Source: a virus
Virus record (IMG/VR): IMGVR_UViG_3300028822_000042
Coordinates: 1-64,000 of that record
Strand: one strand, 5' to 3'
DNA length: 64,000 bases
Positions within the stretch are counted from its first letter, which is position 1. Every line of letters begins with the position of its first letter. The position numbers and the translations under genes are program-made. The notes beneath the pieces are model-generated. The model searched no databases, was not told the DNA's origin, and saw only the letters and a list, made by a program, of their open reading frames with translations. Below, piece by piece: positions 55,910-64,000 of this stretch.

Positions 55910-58900
55910 ATGAGTAGAGACCAAATGGAAGATGTTTTTCCTATTGAATTTAATTTCAAACAAGGGGAGCAACCTACTGCAGCAAAGCTAAATGGTCTAG
56001 TTAAGTTTACAGATTCTGCTTTCTCTAGGGTAACTCAGGCTGTTGGCGATCCTTGGGATGCGGCAAACCCTCCTCATACTTCTGCACTAAGTCTTGAGAA
56101 ACTATCTCAAGCTAGTATAGCTCGCATTCTAGGACCTTCAGATTATGCTAGTCCTCTTGGAGGTTGCTGGAATGAACAGATGACAACAACTGTTGAAGTA
56201 ACTCTAGAGGAAAATAAAAACTCATGGACTCTTGGGTATCCTCTTGTAGAGGTCTCTACTCCCGTGACAGAGAAATCTACATCTGTATCTTCTTTTGTAA
56301 CTAAACTCTCTTGGGGTTCTGATATTGTCGTCACTACAGACCCTGATGGAGTGCTTTCTGATATAAAATCATCTATAGATGAAGTTGTAAGTGATGGAGA
56401 TTTCTATGTAGATTTTTATACTGGAACTATTACAGCATATAGTTCTTCTTCTAGTAGTATCATATTAACAATAAGTAATCTTCATATGCTTGGTGCAGGT
56501 GTGCCATGGGGTACACATAATGTAATTCCTAACTGGGAGGAAACTACCTTATGCAATCTTGCAGAGATTTCTAGCACTGCTACAACGACGACATATACAC
56601 TTACTTTACCCACAGTTAGTAGGTCTCCTAGATATGACTCTTCTCCTATTAAAATGGGAAAGAAGCCAGAAGAAGTAGATGATTATGATTCTTCATGGTC
56701 AGCAAATGTTCCTAATGTAAGTAGTAATTACAGATTGCCTAAAGCACTAATAGATGGTTATACATCTGATAGTGAAATCCCTGAAGGTTATATTCTTCTT
56801 TATTATGAAGACAATGAAAGAATAATCCCTAGTTCTCTAATTACATTTTATTACTTAAATGAGAATTCTCTTAATATTGTTACTTCTAAAGATTACTTGA
56901 CAGAAGGAAGTTCTTATAGACTGTTTACTTCAGGCACAAGTCTTGCCGAGGCAGTCAGTCATCTTCTTCAGGTTCAGCGAAACAATAACCATGTTGGCTT
57001 AACAGCAAATCCAACAATATCATACACTGTGCCTCTGTCTCATGGCTCTATGGATAACTTGTATACAGGTGATCTGGATGCTTCAGCTACAGATGTCCAT
57101 AGATTCAAGTTCACAAAGTCTAACTACGAAACGAACTGCCATCCTCAATACCTACATAGATACGGTTGGATGGAAAACGATAAACCAAGTGACGATTCTG
57201 AGAAGGGTAATAGTGGAAATGCCATGAGAGGGAATATAGTCTTCTCTGGCAACAATGATGATATGTATGTAGGAGTTTGGAATAAGTCTGGAAACTGGAC
57301 TTCTACGTATGGAATCATGTGGGGAGGTGGAGACCAAAACAGCGGATATGGCAATACAGAGCTTTCTTTTCAGGGCGGTGAGGATGTTGCAACATGGGTC
57401 CCTGGTGATCCTCCTCAAAGATTCCCCTTCGTATCGAGCCATACAGGAGGAAGTGATAGTGATAGATATGGTGCACTAACCTATCGTCCATGGTATGGAA
57501 CTCCTCTTTACCTCAGAGGTAGAAATCCTTCTGCTGTTGTTGATGGAGCTATGCTTGGGTTTGACCTTGCAAGGCAGGGTGAACTTAACTACATCAAACT
57601 GTTCCCTGGATACAGAAGCACATATGATCCAGTTCATCAATGTGCAAATACAGGTCAAACAGCAACTACTGCTCTCTACATAACACCAGGCCTTTCAGGT
57701 GCTTCATTTGAGCGTCTTGCTGCTGAACAGGTAAGAGAGTTTAGGTTCCGTGGCATTCCATATCTTAGCTCTGCTACTAATACTGACAACTCAATAGGTG
57801 ACGGTTTAGGATCATCAGAGTTTGAGCATAGCTTTGTCTCTCCAGGTATGGTCGGAGCAGACTTCTTTAATGTCTACTCTAATGCTATATTCTTCTCTGA
57901 TGATGGTGATGGTAGCAGAACTTCATTCACAGAGCATGGCAAGAACTGGCTAGATACAGGCACTGGTACCTATGTGCCTTCAGGGATTTACTATATCCCA
58001 AACAATGGAGGCACAGCAGCTAGATTCTCATTCGTCACTCAAGAGGATTCTACTACTGCCTCTGGCGATGATATGTTCCAGGTTGGCTCTGCACATGGTC
58101 TTAGATACTATGGTGAACGCCTAGACCTCATAACTAGAGATACTACGACATTTGCTGGCAACTCAGTAAATATTGATAGTTCGATTGCGACTCTAAGAAG
58201 CCCCTTGTTTAGTACTTGGTTTGGATATGAGAGCATTCTCATGGATGCCACAGAGGATAAGAATCTTGGCATCCTTAGCTATGATGGCAGAGTAGATATA
58301 TGGGCATGTAATAGTTATAGCTACACGACTAACCCTGGTAAGGGTAGACATATAAACATTAAGACAGCTAGTACACATGGGGACCAATATTCAGCTCTAC
58401 AAGATTGTGGGAACATAACATTACATGCTGGTTATGTCTTCGGGGCTACAGCTCCTAGTTCTACTGGAAGTAAACTCTACCTGAAGGCCTATAACGATGT
58501 AAACATAGAGAGTGAGTCTCAAGACGTAAACATCACTTCTACTCTTGGGGATATTAATATAGACGCACATGATAATGCGTATATCAATAGTACTGACTTC
58601 ACTAAGCTCACTACAGATGGCTCTTCTGGCAAGATAGAGATCAGTACAGACTCTTCTAATGCTACTTCCGAAAGTGGAGATATATCAATAGAGGCATCTG
58701 GAAATCAAGGTAGAATCTATCTAAGCAGTGCAGATTATCATAATATAGATGTTTCATCTAACTATGCTCTTACAATGAGAGCATATCAATATATAGCATT
58801 AGGCACCAATATGAGTGAGAATCATGTTACTAATGCTAGCAACTTTGACGATAACACTATAACTTTATCAAGTAGAATTAATAAAACTAATACAGGAGCT

Positions 58901-59416
58901 ACTGGTAAGATACTATTAGATTCTATAAATGATGTTCATTTGTATGCTCTTGATGATGTTCTTATTGATGCAACTGATCGTTTCTATGTAACTGCTGGTG
59001 GAGATTGTACTTTTGAAGTTACAGGAAATATAGATTTAGATGCTGATGGCAAGTATTACATGAATGAACCTACAGCTGGTGCTGGAACAGGTGGCCTGAG
59101 ATTAGATACAAATACGAGAGAGATTAAGTATCAAGTATCTTCTTTGAGATACAAAGAAAATATTAAAGATATACCAGATACATCATGGATATATGATGTC
59201 AGGCCTGTTGCTTTTAACTATATCAAAGAGGATAGAACTTGTTATGGCCTTATTGCAGAAGAGACTATTAAGTTCAATACAGATGTTGTTTGCGTTGATA
59301 AACATAATAGGCCAGAGTCAGTAATGTATGAATCTGTATTTAGTGCTTTAATTAAAGCAGTACAAGATCAGAAGAAAGAGATCGATGCTTTAAAAGCTCA
59401 GCTTATTGGAAAGTAG
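55910..59416 (+). CDS. Tail fibre/spike with C-terminal intramolecular chaperone (peptidase S74)
   Basis: SSLRYKENI (59138), GLIAEE, LIKAVQDQKKEIDALK; preceded by beta-helix-like repeats. Confidence 0.85.
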   Translation: MSRDQMEDVFPIEFNFKQGEQPTAAKLNGLVKFTDSAFSRVTQAVGDPWDAANPPHTSALSLEKLSQASIARILGPSDYASPLGGCWNEQMTTTVEVTLEENKNSWTLGYPLVEVSTPVTEKSTSVSSFVTKLSWGSDIVVTTDPDGVLSDIKSSIDEVVSDGDFYVDFYTGTITAYSSSSSSIILTISNLHMLGAGVPWGTHNVIPNWEETTLCNLAEISSTATTTTYTLTLPTVSRSPRYDSSPIKMGKKPEEVDDYDSSWSANVPNVSSNYRLPKALIDGYTSDSEIPEGYILLYYEDNERIIPSSLITFYYLNENSLNIVTSKDYLTEGSSYRLFTSGTSLAEAVSHLLQVQRNNNHVGLTANPTISYTVPLSHGSMDNLYTGDLDASATDVHRFKFTKSNYETNCHPQYLHRYGWMENDKPSDDSEKGNSGNAMRGNIVFSGNNDDMYVGVWNKSGNWTSTYGIMWGGGDQNSGYGNTELSFQGGEDVATWVPGDPPQRFPFVSSHTGGSDSDRYGALTYRPWYGTPLYLRGRNPSAVVDGAMLGFDLARQGELNYIKLFPGYRSTYDPVHQCANTGQTATTALYITPGLSGASFERLAAEQVREFRFRGIPYLSSATNTDNSIGDGLGSSEFEHSFVSPGMVGADFFNVYSNAIFFSDDGDGSRTSFTEHGKNWLDTGTGTYVPSGIYYIPNNGGTAARFSFVTQEDSTTASGDDMFQVGSAHGLRYYGERLDLITRDTTTFAGNSVNIDSSIATLRSPLFSTWFGYESILMDATEDKNLGILSYDGRVDIWACNSYSYTTNPGKGRHINIKTASTHGDQYSALQDCGNITLHAGYVFGATAPSSTGSKLYLKAYNDVNIESESQDVNITSTLGDINIDAHDNAYINSTDFTKLTTDGSSGKIEISTDSSNATSESGDISIEASGNQGRIYLSSADYHNIDVSSNYALTMRAYQYIALGTNMSENHVTNASNFDDNTITLSSRINKTNTGATGKILLDSINDVHLYALDDVLIDATDRFYVTAGGDCTFEVTGNIDLDADGKYYMNEPTAGAGTGGLRLDTNTREIKYQVSSLRYKENIKDIPDTSWIYDVRPVAFNYIKEDRTCYGLIAEETIKFNTDVVCVDKHNRPESVMYESVFSALIKAVQDQKKEIDALKAQLIGK

Positions 59417-59419
59417 ATA

Positions 59420-62002
59420 ATGACTACCTCTATATTAAATTTTCAGTTTAGACTTACTGGAGTAGAAGGAGATCCTTTTAATACAAGGACTCGTCAAAAC
59501 GTAAAGAAGTCTATTGGTAAAATCCTATATCTTGAGGAGCCACCTACTAGCGCAGTTAAACTTGCATATGTTGGCTCGCGGGAAATAACACCAACAGCTA
59601 ATATTTTCATTGCTGACAGAAGTGATGTTCTTTATTCTAATTCTAAGACCAGCACTTCTTCAGAGTTTTATGTAGAGAGCACTGCCGCAGAGGTGGTAAG
59701 TGCGAATTTCATTGTTACTGCCGAGTTTAATGAAGCAGATTCAGGCAATATTCCCCTCTATTACAAGCATGAAATAACAAAACATGCTATTCCTGATACG
59801 CTGAAAGTATTTGACCAGAACTTCAATGAAGTTAGTAGTGACAAATACAAGTTAAGATATAATTATAGTTATGATGAGGATACCGGAGAGATAGAGACTA
59901 GTGGTGGCAGTGCTGTAGTAAATAGCTTTTATCTATTTAATTCTTTGGAGAGTTCATTTGATGTTGATACTGGAGATTATAAAGTATATTTCATCCAGTA
60001 TGTTGATGGCTCTACATCTCCTGATACAGTAGTTACTGAGCTTCTCAATAATGAAAATGCATATCTTCCTGCAACATCTGACGACTTTTGGCATGTTACA
60101 TCTTCTTTAAAATATTGGAAAAGAGCATATAGTCTTAGTTCTGATCTTGTTCTGACAATGCCTCAGTCTCCTTGTTCTGTAAAATACATCGAGACAAACA
60201 GAATGAGTCTGCACTTGCCAACAGACTATGATGACGAGAGTCCATGGTTTCCGAGAATAGCTAATGGTAACTTTGTGCATTCTGCTTATGGCAATCTGTA
60301 CAAATATAATATTCCTGAATTTGAAAATCAGGCATTTAATCCTATTGAGCCATACAAATTAGCTGTTAAAGAAAAATGCCAGAAAGTTTCTGATAGGTTA
60401 ATAAAGCTTCCACATAATGAGATCGTCTATGGCTCTTTTACATCATATGTAAATCTTCTGTTTGAGCTTGATGGTACAATCAAGTATGCCATCACAAATG
60501 ATTCTTCAAAAGATGGAGATGAAGTATATGACTTTGACGGTAACAAAGTTCCTGTATCAAATGGAGGCTTTCTTACTTGGTCATATAATAATTTTCTTGG
60601 CATAGATAGACTGTCTGGGATGGTACATGTTAGTTTTGATGTTAAAGATGCTTATGACATCTATGCTACATATCCGTACTATGAGAGGTTCTATAGCTTA
60701 ACAAGTCTTACTATGAATCCTGTCTTCGATAGCGAGGCTCATAAAGAATTGCGTGTTGTTTATGTTGTTCCGGCTGCAATGCCAAATAACAACAATACAA
60801 TTCAGACAGAATCTATCAAATGGCTCAAAGTGTCTTCTGCTGGCAGAATTACATCTTGCAATCAAGACGATACTGGCTACAACGAGAATATAAACTTTGA
60901 TGCTAAGATTCATGATTCAGATGGGTACTATATCGATGGCGTTCTGGGTTTACATTACAAGTGGGAAGCATCCACAACAGCAAATGCTCAGTTTCCTTCT
61001 TCAGAAGTAGAAATTCTACCTGGCAATCAGTTTACTGTAAATTCTACATCTGGATTTCCAAGATCAGGTTGGCTTAGAGCATTAGATACTTCTGGTAAAT
61101 ATAGATATTTTAAATACTTATCAAAAACAGATACTGTATTTAATTTGTCTAGCTCTTCTAACGAAGTACCTTCTAATGGCAGTATAGACATTTCAGATGG
61201 AGAGACAGTAGAGTTAGTTAACTTTGTCGATGAAAGAACTGTTCTTACTTCTAGAGATAAGAGCATAGAAGATTCTGCATGGGGACCTGGTACTGATCCT
61301 TGGGGTAACTTTGAAATCTATCCTAGGATTTACTCTAGATATTTTGTCTTAGGAGAGCTGTCTATCAATCCTCCGCATAGTATAAACACTTTAACTGTTG
61401 TTGATGTGCGTGAAGATGGAGGTGGAGTAGATGAGGACAAATATGATGAAGCAAAAGCTCTAAATCCTGAGATACAATGGTACAACGACTACGAGAAGTT
61501 TGATGGTCAAGTCTATCCTGGTTCTTCAATTGCAGTAGTAAAACTACCTGTGTCTATATTGGAATCATTTACTTTAGACAACCTGAGGAAGATTATAGAA
61601 GAAAACATTCCGTCTGGTGTCTATCCTCTTATTAGATTTTATGGATATGAGCCTAGAGTTGTCAGTATTACTCCTGGCACTGCTTCTGTTACTATTGAGT
61701 GGGCTAAAGAAGGACCTGAATTTACTTATCAGGTATGGTATGCTCGCAAAGAGAATGGAAGATTTGAAAAAGCACACAAGACAAGACTTGTTGACGGCAC
61801 TGACACATATAACTCATTCCAGATATGTGAGACTACAGGTACAGCTCCTGTTGTCGTTAAAGTAACCATGCAAGACAAATACTACCAGTGGTGGCATAGT
61901 TATAGTAGTTATAATAGCATTGAAGGAGGTCTCGGACTTGACGAGACTGCTCCTCTTCCGCCATTTGGTAATGTGGCTAACTTCCAATTTGAAGTAGTAT
62001 AA
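59420..62002 (+). CDS. Large tail/baseplate structural protein with C-terminal FN3-like domain
   Basis: 860 aa; VDVREDGGG motif; VTIEWAKEGPEFTYQVWY FN3-like end. Confidence 0.55.
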   Translation: MTTSILNFQFRLTGVEGDPFNTRTRQNVKKSIGKILYLEEPPTSAVKLAYVGSREITPTANIFIADRSDVLYSNSKTSTSSEFYVESTAAEVVSANFIVTAEFNEADSGNIPLYYKHEITKHAIPDTLKVFDQNFNEVSSDKYKLRYNYSYDEDTGEIETSGGSAVVNSFYLFNSLESSFDVDTGDYKVYFIQYVDGSTSPDTVVTELLNNENAYLPATSDDFWHVTSSLKYWKRAYSLSSDLVLTMPQSPCSVKYIETNRMSLHLPTDYDDESPWFPRIANGNFVHSAYGNLYKYNIPEFENQAFNPIEPYKLAVKEKCQKVSDRLIKLPHNEIVYGSFTSYVNLLFELDGTIKYAITNDSSKDGDEVYDFDGNKVPVSNGGFLTWSYNNFLGIDRLSGMVHVSFDVKDAYDIYATYPYYERFYSLTSLTMNPVFDSEAHKELRVVYVVPAAMPNNNNTIQTESIKWLKVSSAGRITSCNQDDTGYNENINFDAKIHDSDGYYIDGVLGLHYKWEASTTANAQFPSSEVEILPGNQFTVNSTSGFPRSGWLRALDTSGKYRYFKYLSKTDTVFNLSSSSNEVPSNGSIDISDGETVELVNFVDERTVLTSRDKSIEDSAWGPGTDPWGNFEIYPRIYSRYFVLGELSINPPHSINTLTVVDVREDGGGVDEDKYDEAKALNPEIQWYNDYEKFDGQVYPGSSIAVVKLPVSILESFTLDNLRKIIEENIPSGVYPLIRFYGYEPRVVSITPGTASVTIEWAKEGPEFTYQVWYARKENGRFEKAHKTRLVDGTDTYNSFQICETTGTAPVVVKVTMQDKYYQWWHSYSSYNSIEGGLGLDETAPLPPFGNVANFQFEVV

Positions 62003-62012
62003 GGAGATTGCA

Positions 62013-62498
62013 ATGAGTGTTAATATAACCCTATCTGATGCTTCTGGTGGCAATCAGTTGGCAGATGTAAATGACATGGGAAGTGTATCAACAGATTCTG
62101 AGACGGATGCTCAGGATATTTATATTTCTCATGATGCAGTGGTGAATCCTATTACTGATTGTGCAATGTACATTACCAGATATGCTGGTAGTGGCTATTC
62201 TGGTACAGATGCAGATGCAGATTTTACAGAGATTATGGGATGGGGAGATGCAGGTAATGGTGGAGTCTTGATGAAGATGAACACAACCTGGTATCGCTTT
62301 AAGAATGCATTTGGAGATGTTGACAACCAAATAACCTTAGATAAAAATACTCTTGTTATTGGGTCTTCATCTAATGATGGAGAGATACCTGTTGGTGGAG
62401 AAGCCTACATTCAAGTAAAAGTAGAAACTCCACCTACTGTTGGCTCTGCGGGCTATAAAGGATTTTCCTTTGTGTTTGCGTACTCATCAACATCATAG
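62013..62498 (+). CDS. Putative virion structural protein
   Basis: SD AAGGAG; acidic, beta-rich. Confidence 0.55.
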   Translation: MSVNITLSDASGGNQLADVNDMGSVSTDSETDAQDIYISHDAVVNPITDCAMYITRYAGSGYSGTDADADFTEIMGWGDAGNGGVLMKMNTTWYRFKNAFGDVDNQITLDKNTLVIGSSSNDGEIPVGGEAYIQVKVETPPTVGSAGYKGFSFVFAYSSTS

Positions 62499-62657
62499 GA
62501 GGCAGTATGGAAAGTAAAAATGGATCTCCAGGAACTCTCCCCTCTTCTGAATACTCAGCTCAGCCTTTATCATCATAGTTGCACTGTAGTGCTATTTGTG
62601 AGATATTCATTTCTGGTTACATCGGCGTATATGCCAACCTAAATATAGGAGAATGAA

Positions 62658-63152
62658 ATGAAAACAAAGAGAGAAAATGTGATTAGTGTTTTTGGCGTCA
62701 TGAATGTTCTGTCTGAAGAGAAGACAACAGCTAAGGGAGCATATGCTATTGCCAAAAACAAGAAGATCGCAGAGGGAGAAGTAAAAGCAATTGAGGAAGC
62801 TCAAAAGAATGTTATTATTCCTGACAAGTTTAAAGAGTACGATGAGAAACGCATCAAGCTCTGTGAAGAACTTGCTGACAAGGATAAAGATGGTAACCCT
62901 GTTAAGATAAATAACGGACAGCAGTTTGCTATCTCTCCTGAGAGTCAAGAAGTCTTCAATGAAAAACTTCAAAGCCTTAGAGAAGAATACAAAGAGGCTA
63001 TTGAAGAGAAGGATAAGGTCGAGAAAGACTTTCTTGACCTCTTGGCTGAAGAAGTAGAAGTTGATTTTCATAAAGTCAAAATAGATGACTTGCCAGATAA
63101 TGTTACAGCAAGTCAGATAGAAGCTCTAGATGAAATTATCATAATGAGCTAG
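62658..63152 (+). CDS. Hypothetical coiled-coil protein
   Basis: SD AGGAG; K/E-rich helices. Confidence 0.65.
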   Translation: MKTKRENVISVFGVMNVLSEEKTTAKGAYAIAKNKKIAEGEVKAIEEAQKNVIIPDKFKEYDEKRIKLCEELADKDKDGNPVKINNGQQFAISPESQEVFNEKLQSLREEYKEAIEEKDKVEKDFLDLLAEEVEVDFHKVKIDDLPDNVTASQIEALDEIIIMS

Positions 63153-63162
63153 GAGTCTTTTA

Positions 63163-63474
63163 ATGGCACTCGAAGTTACAAGGATATATAAGAATGCTTC
63201 TACTGAAACTCTAAGGGTAGATAGTGTTTATATGGATCCAACTAGCAATACCATTGCTACTGGTACAGCCAGAAGGACATATTATAGAAGATTGAATACT
63301 TCATATTTGTATGGTCCTGCAAGTAGGGTTGTTGACTCTATTGAGGTAATAACAACTGCTGATAGTGCAGAGTCTTCTTCTGGTGATATCACTTGGGTCG
63401 AGTGGACTGCACCTGCATCTGGGGTTATAAGATGTGATATGTCAGACTTGCCTGCTGTAGGAGACACAGTGTAG
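63163..63474 (+). CDS. Hypothetical protein
   Basis: SD AGGAG; 103 aa. Confidence 0.6.
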   Translation: MALEVTRIYKNASTETLRVDSVYMDPTSNTIATGTARRTYYRRLNTSYLYGPASRVVDSIEVITTADSAESSSGDITWVEWTAPASGVIRCDMSDLPAVGDTV

Positions 63475-63484
63475 TTCACATATC

Positions 63485-63958
63485 ATGGGAGCCTGGTTTA
63501 AAATATTCACAGATGGCTCTCGTGAATCTGGCACAGATGGTCAGATAGAGAGTGGTAAGGCATCTTGGTCTCGTGGCCGTCTAGACTCAATAGACTATGT
63601 CATTCTTATAAATGATGTAAGTTCTGCTATCCTCAAGGCTCCTGACACTGAGTGGCATCAATTTGACAGATTAATTGTTGGCCTTGGTGGTCAAGGGCAA
63701 GTAACTCCAACTAGAGTTGCTCGTGTTGTACAGGCTAAAATCTTACCCCATCATGTAGGCATGTCAGTAGTAAGACATGCAGATACTTCTCATTTTGACT
63801 TTTATGAGCTTTATCATTCTAATGAAGGTTTTCTAATTACAAAGAATTATCTTGGTAAATGGATTACAATTGTAGTTAGAAAGAATTCAGTATCTATCAA
63901 TATCTCAGACAAGGGAAAGATGCCTGATGACGACAAAATTCTTGAACAGCATTCTTAG
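63485..63958 (+). CDS. Hypothetical protein
   Basis: 157-aa ORF continuing the + strand operon. Confidence 0.55.
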   Translation: MGAWFKIFTDGSRESGTDGQIESGKASWSRGRLDSIDYVILINDVSSAILKAPDTEWHQFDRLIVGLGGQGQVTPTRVARVVQAKILPHHVGMSVVRHADTSHFDFYELYHSNEGFLITKNYLGKWITIVVRKNSVSINISDKGKMPDDDKILEQHS

Positions 63959-64000
63959 GGTTATGCCTGCTGTGCAGGCTAGACAGATCTCTGAGCTTCT

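Noticed and set aside
55910-59416. Diversity-generating retroelement target in the tail fibre
   Set aside because: No reverse transcriptase or template/variable repeat pair was seen, and the C-terminus is an S74 chaperone.
2254-63479. Numerous minus-strand and alternate-frame ORFs, including the 311-aa ORF at 39766..40701
   Set aside because: They lie within long + strand genes that have clear motifs or SDs, and their S/L/P-rich translations are typical antisense shadows.
1142-63958. Stop-codon reassignment as seen in some large phages
   Set aside because: Genes are long and tightly packed in the standard code, and TAA, TAG and TGA all end genes directly before the next SD or start.

Overview
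This window is 64 kb of a large contractile-tailed (myovirus-like) dsDNA phage or prophage. Every credible gene is on the + strand and reads in the standard code. It opens with about 1.1 kb of compositionally odd non-coding DNA (almost no AA/TT dinucleotides, dense GTAC, then three imperfect direct repeats). Next come Hsp20 and GroES chaperones, a probable small terminase, a 1446-aa multi-enzyme protein and three glycine-zipper proteins. The rest is a virion morphogenesis module: intein-containing TerL, portal-MuF fusion, protease/scaffold, major capsid, neck, sheath, tube paralogues, tail chaperones, baseplate hub with an M15 peptidase, wedge/J proteins and a fibre with an S74 chaperone. Two things stand out. 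(1) A 1461-aa protein in the tape-measure position carries both halves of a two-barrel RNA polymerase active site in one chain (beta-like lysine pair and beta'-like RHP...GDFDRD), so it may be a virion-delivered RNA polymerase. (2) The 1446-aa protein has intact DEDDh exonuclease, thermonuclease and Ser/Thr kinase domains separated by three copies of a 34-35 aa motif (FSGxDDxYNxxxGL...RxxLTxFGSG[W/F]), which suggests a swappable, injected effector cassette. All calls come from reading motifs and synteny by eye; no database search was run.
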